Shown: in pieces, positions 27,456 through 35,726 of the stretch
How the letters are laid out: every line of letters starts with the position of its first letter
Position numbering within the stretch: position 1 is the first letter of the stretch
IMG/VR virus record: IMGVR_UViG_3300012855_000033
Coordinates: 1-36,536 of that record
Origin: a virus
Taxonomy: Duplodnaviria; Caudoviricetes
DNA: 36,536 bases
Strand: one strand, 5' to 3'
Notes under the pieces: model-generated
What the model saw: only the letters and a program-made list of their open reading frames with translations
The model's database searches: none
What the model was told of the DNA's origin: nothing
Translations under genes and position numbers: made by a program

Positions 27456-28183
27456 TCCAGCCACCCCGCCGCGCGGAACTCACGGCCGATAAGCTGCAGC
27501 ACGCGCACGTCGTCGATGCAGTGCTCGCGGATGGCGTCGAGGTCCCCCGCGAGGTAGCGGTCGAGGACCTCGGATCCGTCGATCGGGTTGCCGTCGCGAG
27601 AGATCCCGAGCAGGTCGCACACGTCGTCGAGGCGGCCCTTCGCGCGCTGGTCGCCCATCCCCCACACCTGATAGAGGTCGTCCGCCAGCCAGGGCTTCTC
27701 GATCCGGCAGATGCCGGCCAGCGTGTAGAGCTTGTGACGCAGGGCGCGCTTCGCCAGGAAGGGGCGGTCGAATCGGCCGCCGTTCCAGGTCCACAGCCGG
27801 GGGCGCTGGTCGCGGTAGCGGGCCAGGCCCTTCTCGAGCTTGCTCAGCGTGGCCTCCTCCGTGTCCTCCATGATGACCACGGGCCCCGCGTCCTCGACCG
27901 CCACCCCGACGCACAGCACGCGGCCGGCGAGCGGAGACAGCGAGCCCTTGCGCCACGCCTCGACGGCCGCCTCGCGGGCCTTGACGGCCTCCTCGCGCCG
28001 CTTCTCCTGCAGCCTTTCCCGGCCCGCCTCGCGGGCGGCCTCGATCTTCGCCGGGTCCTTGAGCCTCCGGTCGACCTTGATCTCCGGGTCGTCGTGCAGG
28101 ACGACGATGGAGTCAGGATCGACGAGGCCCGAGAGGTCGGGCTCCCCGTCGGGAATCGTCTCGATGTCGATGTAGATGTTCAT
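27452..28183 (-). CDS. DEDD 3'-5' exonuclease (PolB-exo-like)
   Basis: ExoI YIDIET, ExoII WNGGRFDRPFL, ExoIII HCIDDV. Confidence 0.88.
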   Translation of the reverse strand: MNIYIDIETIPDGEPDLSGLVDPDSIVVLHDDPEIKVDRRLKDPAKIEAAREAGRERLQEKRREEAVKAREAAVEAWRKGSLSPLAGRVLCVGVAVEDAGPVVIMEDTEEATLSKLEKGLARYRDQRPRLWTWNGGRFDRPFLAKRALRHKLYTLAGICRIEKPWLADDLYQVWGMGDQRAKGRLDDVCDLLGISRDGNPIDGSEVLDRYLAGDLDAIREHCIDDVRVLQLIGREFRAAGWLE

Positions 28184-28197
28184 TCCTCACCTCTTGC

Positions 28198-28539
28198 TCA
28201 GCACACGTTGATGATCGCGTCTGGATGGTTTCGCTGGGCGTCCTGAATGGCGTGAAGCACGCGGTACACGCACCGCACACCGCCCCATCCCCATCCGTTC
28301 TTCGGCTCGCGCTCGCGGAATCGCTTGATGTGGCGGTCAACAAAGGCCAGCGCCTCGGCGGCCGGCACGTCGCCCAAGCGCATCCCGTCGAGCCCGCGAA
28401 GCCCACCACGAATGCCCACGGCGCGCATGGTGGGGTAGTAGATTGGCGCGACGTTGTATGTGATGTTTTCATCGAGCACAACGTTGCCGCGCCCACAGTG
28501 CGGGCACGGCGGCGTGTCGGCGCTGATGTCCAGACTCAT
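28198..28539 (-). CDS. hypothetical phage protein (CPHCG, NITYN, NGWG motifs)
   Basis: GAGGTGA RBS; flanked by 17-bp repeats. Confidence 0.7.
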   Translation of the reverse strand: MSLDISADTPPCPHCGRGNVVLDENITYNVAPIYYPTMRAVGIRGGLRGLDGMRLGDVPAAEALAFVDRHIKRFREREPKNGWGWGGVRCVYRVLHAIQDAQRNHPDAIINVC

Positions 28540-28562
28540 TCCTCACCTCTTGTTGCTTGTGG

Positions 28563-28952
28563 CTAAGCGCCAGGTTCGGGAGTGTCGGAAGGCCAGCCAT
28601 CGGGTGGAGTTGGCCAGCCCGGGACGTCGTGGCGGATGAGATTGCCGGCTGTGTAGAACTTCCGCCACACGTCGCCTGTCTCCTCTCCCTGCCCGAGAAG
28701 GACAAAGAGATAGCCGGGGAGGCTCTTCGAGAGAGACAGCATGTCGTCGTGGTAAGCGTACCACTTGCCCTCGGTCGACGACCGGACGTTGTGCTCATTG
28801 AGCACGGCTTCGAAGGCGATGAGCTTGGCGGTCTCCGGCTTGAGGGCCTCGGCCCCCTTAGCGTGTCGGGCAGCCCACAGGTCGCGCGGCCCCATCCATC
28901 GGGCATCGTCGGGCGCTTGCCAGTGCAGCGTGTAGTCGGTGTAGTAGCCCAT
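28563..28952 (-). CDS. hypothetical phage protein (MGYYT...KWY...GEE)
   Basis: Clean ORF with GGAG RBS; motif pattern seen in small phage proteins. Confidence 0.7.
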   Translation of the reverse strand: MGYYTDYTLHWQAPDDARWMGPRDLWAARHAKGAEALKPETAKLIAFEAVLNEHNVRSSTEGKWYAYHDDMLSLSKSLPGYLFVLLGQGEETGDVWRKFYTAGNLIRHDVPGWPTPPDGWPSDTPEPGA

Positions 28953-28955
28953 GAG

Positions 28956-29237
28956 TCAGCTCTCCCTTGTCTTCCAGAGCTCCCGAAGGTGCTCGTCGGT
29001 CATGTGCGGCGCGACGCCGCAGGTGCGCAGGATGCGGCAGCACGTCAGAATGCGCCGCATCGGGTCCCCCAAGGGGTGGGCGGCGAATGCCGCCCGCGCC
29101 TCCCGGTCGAAGGCCTCGGCGGCCGGAAGGTCCGGGTGGAGCCGGTCCGCTTCGCTGAGGCGGGTGACGCGCCCGTTCAAGTCCGTAGGGCGGAACGGGT
29201 CGCGGTCGCCGCCGGGGGTGTAGGCTGGACGGCCCAT
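28956..29237 (-). CDS. hypothetical protein
   Basis: TGATG coupling to the SSB gene. Confidence 0.55.
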   Translation of the reverse strand: MGRPAYTPGGDRDPFRPTDLNGRVTRLSEADRLHPDLPAAEAFDREARAAFAAHPLGDPMRRILTCCRILRTCGVAPHMTDEHLRELWKTRES

Positions 29238-29764
29238 CAGAAGGGAATGTCCTCGTCCTGCTCGGGGATGTCGGACGAACGCGGCGCGTTGGCGGCGGCC
29301 GGTGCGGCCTTCGGGGCCGGCTCGCTGCTCCCCTCGAGCTCCCACCACCCGTCCTCGGTCAGGTCCCACGTGCGGTCCTCGTCGGCCTCCTGGGCGGCCT
29401 TGATCTCGTCGGCCGACGCCTGGCCCATCCGGGCCACCGTGTAGCGGGTGTCGGTCTTGCCGCTCCCCGTCCGGCGGATCATGACCTTCGTCGTGCCGGG
29501 GTCCTGGCCGGCGAGCTCGTCGGCGAGGTCACGCGCCACCCCGGGCCCGAACTCCAGCTGCTGCACCCCGGCGGGGTCCGAGGTCGCGTAGACCCGCGCG
29601 GCGAAGCGCACGGACGTGCGGCCGTCGGGCCAGGTCACCTCCTTCTGGTGCGGGGGGCACATGAACAGCAGCTCGTACCGGTCGCCGTCGGACAGCTTGA
29701 GGTACCGCCCGCCGTTGCCGCTGGCGCGGCTGGCCGCACTCTTGAGGTTGCTCCATCCCATCAT
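29237..29764 (-). CDS. single-stranded DNA-binding protein (phage-type)
   Basis: RYLKLSDGD and RTGSGKTDTRYTV OB-fold-type motifs; acidic tail EQDEDIPF. Confidence 0.75.
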   Translation of the reverse strand: MMGWSNLKSAASRASGNGGRYLKLSDGDRYELLFMCPPHQKEVTWPDGRTSVRFAARVYATSDPAGVQQLEFGPGVARDLADELAGQDPGTTKVMIRRTGSGKTDTRYTVARMGQASADEIKAAQEADEDRTWDLTEDGWWELEGSSEPAPKAAPAAANAPRSSDIPEQDEDIPF

Positions 29765-29919
29765 TCTTCTCCTTGATGTGCCGGCGTCGCCGGCGTGGTT
29801 GCGTCGCCGGGGCGCCCCTCGAGGGACCAAGCCCACCGAAGCGCCCCGACGGGGTCGATTCCGTGCCGCAGACCGGCACGGTAGAGGGTCAGCACGCGGC
29901 GCCAGGCGCGGGGGGTCAT
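29761..29919 (-). CDS. small hypothetical protein
   Basis: ATGA coupling on both sides. Confidence 0.45.
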   Translation of the reverse strand: MTPRAWRRVLTLYRAGLRHGIDPVGALRWAWSLEGRPGDATTPATPAHQGEE

Positions 29920-30059
29920 GCCCGCCACGCGCGCCACAGGGCGTCCAGCTGCCGCGACAGCGTCTCCGACGGAGTGCACGCCAGCGCGAGCAGCGAAAGC
30001 AGCAGCAGGCCCCACGCAATGTTCGCGTCGGGGTCGGCGAACCAGTCGGCGGGGGTCAT
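29916..30059 (-). CDS. 47-aa membrane peptide (not in ORF track)
   Basis: MTPADWFADPDANIAWGLLLLSLLALACTPSET...; ATGA coupling. Confidence 0.45.
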   Translation of the reverse strand: MTPADWFADPDANIAWGLLLLSLLALACTPSETLSRQLDALWRAWRA

Positions 30060-30184
30060 GCGGACACCCCAGGGTCAATGCAGTGGCTCATTCGTGGGCT
30101 CCAGGGCTTGTGGGCTTGCTGGCTGGTGTCCTGTCTCATCAGTGCCGGGCGGACAGGTCCGGCAGACGCCCGAAGGCGTTTCGA

Positions 30185-30403
30185 CTAGGCTGCGTTGAAG
30201 TGCTCCCACACGCTGTCAAGCATGGCCGCAGCCTTCTGGGGGTGCTTCCCGTCCAGCACCTCTTGGCACAGCTCCTGCTCGCGCTTGGCGGCAGCGGCCA
30301 GGGCCTCAACGGGGCACCCGCCAGCGAGGACAGCGCGGGTGATGGCCTCACGGTGGCGGCTGAAGAGTTCGTCGGCGTGGGCGATGGCTTCGGTGCGGGT
30401 CAT
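30185..30403 (-). CDS. first early gene, hypothetical
   Basis: AAGGAG RBS directly downstream of the leftward promoter. Confidence 0.65.
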   Translation of the reverse strand: MTRTEAIAHADELFSRHREAITRAVLAGGCPVEALAAAAKREQELCQEVLDGKHPQKAAAMLDSVWEHFNAA

Positions 30404-30413
30404 GGCTGACTCC

Positions 30414-30453
30414 TTGGCTCGTTGGCTCGTTGGCTCGTTGGCTTGTTGGCTCG
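30414..30453. repeat. Five tandem 8-mers TTGGCT(C/T)G in the early leader
   Basis: Directly visible. Confidence 0.9.
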
Positions 30454-30477
30454 CTCGGCGTCGCTGCCGATGCCTTG

Positions 30478-30505
30478 ATTCTATACGTGTCTACGCTACC
30501 GTCAA
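30478..30505 (-). promoter_or_regulatory. sigma70-type promoter TTGACG-N16-TAGAAT driving the leftward early operon
   Basis: Near-consensus hexamers in the divergent AT-rich gap. Confidence 0.7.
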
Positions 30506-30625
30506 GCGCCAATTGCAGATTTCCCTAAAAATCCTGCATTCGTCAGGTTGGCCCGTTGCCGGCGTTGCGTTGCCTTGACGTGCTGTGGGCGCGGGGGGTA
30601 GGGTGTAGGCTCCAAAGGAGGGCCG

Positions 30626-30859
30626 ATGGACGAGATCATCAGGGACCGGATGCGCGACCTCGGGCTGTCGAAGCGCGGCCTGCAGGAGGCGCTCGAGGAT
30701 CGAGGGGTGCAGGTGTCGCGCCAGACGGTGTACGCGTGGGTGACCGGCCGAGCTCGCCCCAAGGTCGAGCACCTGTCGCCCCTCTGCGACGCCCTGCGGT
30801 TGTCGCCGTGGGAGCGTGCAAGGCTGCTCGATGCGGCGGCGGGGGTGGCCAGGTGGTGA
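30626..30859 (+). CDS. Cro/XRE-family HTH regulator
   Basis: GLSKRGLQEAL...VSRQTVYAWVTGRARPKVEHLSPLCDAL; AAGGAGG RBS. Confidence 0.85.
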   Translation: MDEIIRDRMRDLGLSKRGLQEALEDRGVQVSRQTVYAWVTGRARPKVEHLSPLCDALRLSPWERARLLDAAAGVARW

Positions 30860-33105
30860 CACGACAGGAATGGGCGCAGGAAGCCCTGCGCCGCGCGGCC
30901 GAGCACGTCGAGACGGCACCCAAGGGCGAGCGGCACGACGAGCTCAAGCGACGGGCCTGCAGCGTCGCCCCCTACGTGCGGGACGGCGCCATCGCAGCCG
31001 AGGCGGTGACGTCTCGGCTCGTCGCGGCTGCCGGGCGCGTGGGCAAGGGCGCCGGCGAGGCGCAGCGCGTCGTGGCGTGGGCCCTCGAGCACGCGGCCGA
31101 CGGGGAGGCGTGGTACCCCGACACCGACGACCGCACGGACGCGACGATCGAGTGGGGCGGCCAGCGGCTGCGGCTCCCGCGCCGCCCACGAAAGGACCGA
31201 CCTGCCCTCGAGCTGGTCGGCGACGATTACGAGCCCACCCCGATCGCGCCACGCGTGGAGGATCTCGACCTGTCCGGCGTGCAGCTGCCGACTTGCCCGG
31301 CCCCGCCCCCCGAGGGCTGCCGGCTTGACGTCACTCTCTACCCGCCGATGAAGGGCGGGACGCAGGGGGGCCGGCAGGCGTGGACCTGGGCCCAGCTCGT
31401 GCGGGAGGTGGCCGACCCGCACCTCGATGCGACCGACAAGGCCCGCGAGGTGCCGATGTGGGCCCCGCACCTCGTCGAGGGCGACCAGCGGCGCAGGGGG
31501 GCGGTGCCCGACTGCCACACGGCGCTGATCCTTGACTACGACGACGACGACGCGTGGAGCGTGGCGGCCGCCTCCCGCATGTGGCAGGACGTGCGGCACG
31601 TGGTGCACACGTCGTGGTCTCACGGGGTCCCGAAGGGCGATGCGCCCGCTCGAGGCCGGGGGCGCGTCGTGGTCGCCCTGTCGCGCCCGGTGACCCCGGA
31701 CGAGCACCGCACCCTCGCAGAGTGGGTGCTGCAGGCGCCCGACCGAGGCACGCCCGGGGCGGCCGAACTGCGGTCCGTGATCCGTGCCTACGTCGCGCCG
31801 TGCGTCGCCCCCGGCGGCTACGAGCACGCGTCCCACGACCCCGGGCAGGTGGTCGACGTCGACGCGCTGCTGCAGGCGGTCGAGGAGGTGCGGGCCGAGC
31901 TCGTGGACGACCTCGAGCAGCACGCGCCCGATCCCGACGTCTGGGGGATGTTGGATGTCAGGCGCAACCGCGACGGTGAGGTGGTGTCCGTCTACGACCA
32001 CCACCGGAACGTCGTGACCATCCTGCGTCACGACCGACGCCAGCGGGGGCGGCTCGACTACGAGCAGTTTGCCGAGCAGCTGCGCTACGACGGAGAGCCC
32101 GTCGACGACGTGACGGTGCTGCGGCTGATGGAATGGCTCGGTGAGGTCTACAGCGTGCACGCGAGCAAGGCGGCGACCGCCGACGCGGTGCGGCAGGTGG
32201 CGCACGAGACCTCCAGCCACGCGCTGCAGGACTACCTGCGCGGGCTGTCCTGGGACGGCGAGCACCGACTGCAGCACCTGCTGTGGCGCTACATGGGGTG
32301 TGAGGACACCGAGGACGGGCTGTCGCGGGTGTACGCGCGTCGATGGGCGGTCTCGGCGGTGGCGCGCGCCATCGACCCCGGCTGCAAGGTCGACACCATG
32401 CTCATCCTGCGCGGACAGCAGGGGCGGCGGAAGTCCAGCGGCTTCCGTGCGCTCGCGGGCGACGGGTGGTTCTCGGACTCGCCCATCCCCATCGGCACCG
32501 ACGATGCGGGGCAAGCGCTGCAGGGCGTCTGGATCCAGGAGCTCGCCGAGCTCGACAGCCTGCGCAGGAAGGAGGTCACGGCGATCAAGGCCTTCATTGC
32601 GACCCAGACAGACCACTTCCGGCGGCGCTTTGACCGCTTCTGGACCGACCGCCCTCGACAGTCGGTGCTCGTGGGGACGACCAACGAAGAATCGTTCCTC
32701 GCCGACCCCACGGGCTCGAGGCGCTTCTGGGTCCGCGAGGTCGTGCGGGACGTCGACCTTGATGGCTTGCGTCGAGATCGAGACCAGCTGTGGGCCGAGG
32801 CGGTGCACCTGTACGACCGAGGGGAGCAGTGGTGGCTCACGCCGCACGAGGAGTCCGCCCGCCGCGAGCACAACGAGGACTACGAGGTCGAGCACCCGTG
32901 GGAGTCGGCCCTGCTCGCGGCTGCCGAGGACCAGGTCGGGGCTTTCGAACTGCCCGACCTGCTGTCGGCCGTCCTGGACATCGAGCGGGGTCGGCTGCGT
33001 CGGGGCGACCTCATGCAGGCGGGCCGCTTGCTCGCGGCGGACGGCTACACCAAGCGTCGGCGCACCATCGGGGGCCGCCGGGCGGTGTGGTGGTCGCGAG
33101 CCTAG
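30856..33105 (+). CDS. AEP-type primase fused to VapE/VirE P-loop helicase
   Basis: LILDYDD, HTSWSH and RGRVVVALSRPV (AEP-like); GQQGRRKSS, IQELAELD, VGTTN and DPTGSRRFW (VapE). Confidence 0.88.
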   Translation: MTRQEWAQEALRRAAEHVETAPKGERHDELKRRACSVAPYVRDGAIAAEAVTSRLVAAAGRVGKGAGEAQRVVAWALEHAADGEAWYPDTDDRTDATIEWGGQRLRLPRRPRKDRPALELVGDDYEPTPIAPRVEDLDLSGVQLPTCPAPPPEGCRLDVTLYPPMKGGTQGGRQAWTWAQLVREVADPHLDATDKAREVPMWAPHLVEGDQRRRGAVPDCHTALILDYDDDDAWSVAAASRMWQDVRHVVHTSWSHGVPKGDAPARGRGRVVVALSRPVTPDEHRTLAEWVLQAPDRGTPGAAELRSVIRAYVAPCVAPGGYEHASHDPGQVVDVDALLQAVEEVRAELVDDLEQHAPDPDVWGMLDVRRNRDGEVVSVYDHHRNVVTILRHDRRQRGRLDYEQFAEQLRYDGEPVDDVTVLRLMEWLGEVYSVHASKAATADAVRQVAHETSSHALQDYLRGLSWDGEHRLQHLLWRYMGCEDTEDGLSRVYARRWAVSAVARAIDPGCKVDTMLILRGQQGRRKSSGFRALAGDGWFSDSPIPIGTDDAGQALQGVWIQELAELDSLRRKEVTAIKAFIATQTDHFRRRFDRFWTDRPRQSVLVGTTNEESFLADPTGSRRFWVREVVRDVDLDGLRRDRDQLWAEAVHLYDRGEQWWLTPHEESARREHNEDYEVEHPWESALLAAAEDQVGAFELPDLLSAVLDIERGRLRRGDLMQAGRLLAADGYTKRRRTIGGRRAVWWSRA

Positions 33106-33117
33106 CAGGAGGACACG

Positions 33118-33348
33118 ATGAGCACGACGGGCAGATGGCGCCGGGCAGACCTGCCGGGCCTCGAGTTGCTGGTGCAGGGCGGCGAGACCATCGGCGAGAT
33201 CCGGCGGCTGCGGGACGGCGACCGAGAGCGGTGGGCCTGGTGCGCCTACGATCAGCTCGGGATGGAGTGGGCGAGCGGCGTCAAGCGTAGCCGCTACGCG
33301 GCACAGCGGGCAGTCCGTGCGGCGCTGCGGGAGCAGACCGCCGGGTGA
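33118..33348 (+). CDS. hypothetical protein
   Basis: AGGAGG RBS. Confidence 0.65.
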   Translation: MSTTGRWRRADLPGLELLVQGGETIGEIRRLRDGDRERWAWCAYDQLGMEWASGVKRSRYAAQRAVRAALREQTAG

Positions 33349-33439
33349 GAGCCCGCATCGCCACTCCTGCAGCCCCAAGCGCCTGCATACCTGCAGCCCT
33401 GCAGGTTCGCACCTGCAGTCGTGCAGCACGATTTCGCCG

Positions 33440-33690
33440 CTGACACACCTCTGCCACACCTAGCGGCACGAGGTGTGTCAGCGATAAGCCGCTTACAAGC
33501 CCCCATTGACACACCTGACACACCTGACACACCTACTTTGCCTATGAGCCTAGGAACAAAGAGAGTAGTGACGTGTGTCCTATAGGGGGTTGGGGAGTAG
33601 GTGTGTCAGTGTGTCAGGTGTGGCAAGGTGTGTCAATCGCGCTTTGTAACGGCACAATCGGCTGACACACCTCCTGACAAGGTGTGTCAG
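33440..33690. repeat. Iteron array of TGACACACC(T) in both orientations, probable replication origin
   Basis: About 12 full or variant copies arranged symmetrically around a central core in non-coding DNA after the primase-helicase. Confidence 0.75.
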
Positions 33691-33785
33691 ATAGGCCCGA
33701 AAACGGGAATGCAAGCAACGTGCCAACAAGATTGGCGCCACACAACGCTTCTCAGCGTGCTACACTGTCGGCCAGGGAGGCACAC

Positions 33786-34124
33786 ATGCCGAGTCGCAGC
33801 GTCAGCCTACGGTTGCCCATCAACCTCTACGGGCGCGTCGAGAGGGCGGCCAAGCGTGAGGCCCGCACCGTGTCGGGGATGCTGCGCGTGCTGCTGCACG
33901 CGGGGCTGGACGCGCGGGAGGCGCGCGGCCCTCGCACGGTAGAGACGCGCCTGCCTGACGGATGGTGGGCGTGGGCTGTGGTGGACGAGGACGACGACGG
34001 GCGACTCGTCGCCGTGTCGGTCACGCTCGCCCACGACGAGCACGCCGAGTGGACGCGCGTGCTGGTTGGCGAGGAGGCGGCCGCGTGGGGCGAGGTGCAC
34101 CTGCAGGGTCGGGGGCCGGCATGA
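33786..34124 (+). CDS. ribbon-helix-helix domain protein
   Basis: SVSLRLPINLYGRVERAAKREARTVSGMLRVLL; GGGAGG RBS; TGcTACACT upstream. Confidence 0.75.
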   Translation: MPSRSVSLRLPINLYGRVERAAKREARTVSGMLRVLLHAGLDAREARGPRTVETRLPDGWWAWAVVDEDDDGRLVAVSVTLAHDEHAEWTRVLVGEEAAAWGEVHLQGRGPA

Positions 34125-34417
34125 GGACGGTGCAGGTGGTGCTGACGGACGTGGAGCTCGCTCCGGGGTTGCTGGCGGACGTGTGGATGGACGTGCAGCC
34201 GGACACGCCAGGGCGGCGGTCGGGCCATCCCGACACGTGGACCCCGCCCGAGCCGGGTTGGGCCGAGCCGACTGCGGTACGGCTGCACGTCGACGAGGAC
34301 ACGGCCAAGGTTCTCGGCGTGGATGCCGAGCAGGACGTGGATCCCGAGGACTTCGAGGCCGTGCTGGGTGCGGTGTGGGACGACCTCGAAATGCAGGCGC
34401 GGGAGGCTGCGTGTTGA
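34121..34417 (+). CDS. acidic hypothetical protein
   Basis: ATGA coupling; SGHPDTWTPPE motif. Confidence 0.65.
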   Translation: MRTVQVVLTDVELAPGLLADVWMDVQPDTPGRRSGHPDTWTPPEPGWAEPTAVRLHVDEDTAKVLGVDAEQDVDPEDFEAVLGAVWDDLEMQAREAAC

Positions 34418-34445
34418 CACTGGCCAGGCTTATGGGAGGTGAGGA

Positions 34446-34697
34446 GTGAGCGTGCAATACTCCGCGCATTGTTACGAGCAGGCAGCAGCGTGCGTCAGAT
34501 GCGCCATCGCTTGGCTCGACGAGCGCGCCGTAGAGGGTGCTCCGTGCTTGCCGCCAGACGAGCGCCCCCTAAGAGACCAGCACGCCGCGCTGGAGACGAG
34601 CGCCGCAAGTTTGCTTGCGGCGATACGACGACTCGAGCAGACGCACCGCGAGATGGGCGAGGAAGAGGACGGGGTTGTGAGTGGGGGCCAGCCTTGA
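34446..34697 (+). CDS. hypothetical protein
   Basis: GGAGGTGA RBS before the GTG. Confidence 0.55.
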   Translation: MSVQYSAHCYEQAAACVRCAIAWLDERAVEGAPCLPPDERPLRDQHAALETSAASLLAAIRRLEQTHREMGEEEDGVVSGGQP

Positions 34698-35227
34698 CCC
34701 TCCCTCGCCCCATCCTTGCCATCGACCCGGGCCCGAAGACGTGCGGGGCGGCGCTGTACGACCCGGGGGCGCAGCGCGTGCTGTGGGCGGACAAGGCGGC
34801 GCCGGTGGCGTCGCTGTGCGACCACCTGTGGACGCCTCACCCGGAGACGCCCTGGTGGGGCAGCTCGCCCCTGGTGCTCATCGAGCGGGTCCGCTCTTAC
34901 GGAAAGTCGGGCAACAGCTTGTTCGAGACGTCCGAGGCCGTGGGGCGGCTCTATCAGTCGGCCCTGTCGGCCGGGCTCGAGGTGCACCTTGTGCCGCGCA
35001 AGTGGGTTGTGCGGGCCCTCGGGGCTGACCGGAAAGACGCGCCCGGCGGCAAGACGCCGGACAGCAAGGTCATAGCAGCCATGCTTGCGCTGGTAGGGCC
35101 GAAGGGCACGAAGGCGGCCCCAGGGCCCACCTACGGCGTCACGAGCCACGCGTGGCAGGCGCTGGGCCTGGCGGTGGCGTGGGATGAATCCGAGGCGCTG
35201 CGGCGCCGTGTGAGGGGGGAGGGATGA
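34694..35227 (+). CDS. RuvC-like Holliday junction resolvase
   Basis: ILAIDPG, VLIE and HAWQALGLA motifs; TTGA coupling. Confidence 0.75.
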   Translation: MTLPRPILAIDPGPKTCGAALYDPGAQRVLWADKAAPVASLCDHLWTPHPETPWWGSSPLVLIERVRSYGKSGNSLFETSEAVGRLYQSALSAGLEVHLVPRKWVVRALGADRKDAPGGKTPDSKVIAAMLALVGPKGTKAAPGPTYGVTSHAWQALGLAVAWDESEALRRRVRGEG

Positions 35228-35415
35228 GCGAGGATGGCGTCAAGGTCGAGCCGGTGCCTCACACGCCTAGATGCTGGAAGGCCAGCCGAAATGGGGTGTA
35301 TGCGCACGGCACCACCGCCGAGGAGGCAAGGCAGGTGCTGCTGTTCATTGAGAGCATCAGGGCCGCTGTGTGGCCGCGCAGCGAGTCCCGCATGGTCGCG
35401 AGAGGTGAGGAGTGA
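35224..35415 (+). CDS. small hypothetical protein
   Basis: ATGA coupling; AHGTTAEEA. Confidence 0.5.
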   Translation: MSEDGVKVEPVPHTPRCWKASRNGVYAHGTTAEEARQVLLFIESIRAAVWPRSESRMVARGEE

Positions 35416-35726
35416 GGTACGGATCACGCTGCCGGGGCACAGACCACCTGCGACCGCCGCTTGAGGGGGACACCCACCGCGAGGCGGCGCCACGCTTCGG
35501 CATGTACATCCGCCGCTGGGTGCCCGCGCCGAACGCGTGGTGCCTGTGGGGACGTCGCACAGAAGCAGGTGCTGCTGAGCGATGGCGGTTGGGTCTGGCG
35601 TGCCAGTCGGTCGGGCTACATCGATGTGCCACATGGGTGAGCATCCTGCGAGAGGCCGAGGGCCCGCGCAGTGGCTATGCGCTAGACATGGCGACCAGAG
35701 ACCCCGAGCGTGCACCGTGCTCCTGA
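35412..35726 (+). CDS. hypothetical protein
   Basis: GAGGTGA RBS; GTGA coupling. Confidence 0.45.
   Translation: MRYGSRCRGTDHLRPPLEGDTHREAAPRFGMYIRRWVPAPNAWCLWGRRTEAGAAERWRLGLACQSVGLHRCATWVSILREAEGPRSGYALDMATRDPERAPCS

Noticed and set aside
33440-33690. Possible mini-CRISPR array
   Set aside because: Repeats are only 9-11 bp, occur in both orientations and lack regular unique spacers; no cas genes
34694-35227. RuvC domain as a TnpB/Cas12-like effector
   Set aside because: Only ~177 aa with no zinc finger or REC region; size and position fit a phage Holliday junction resolvase
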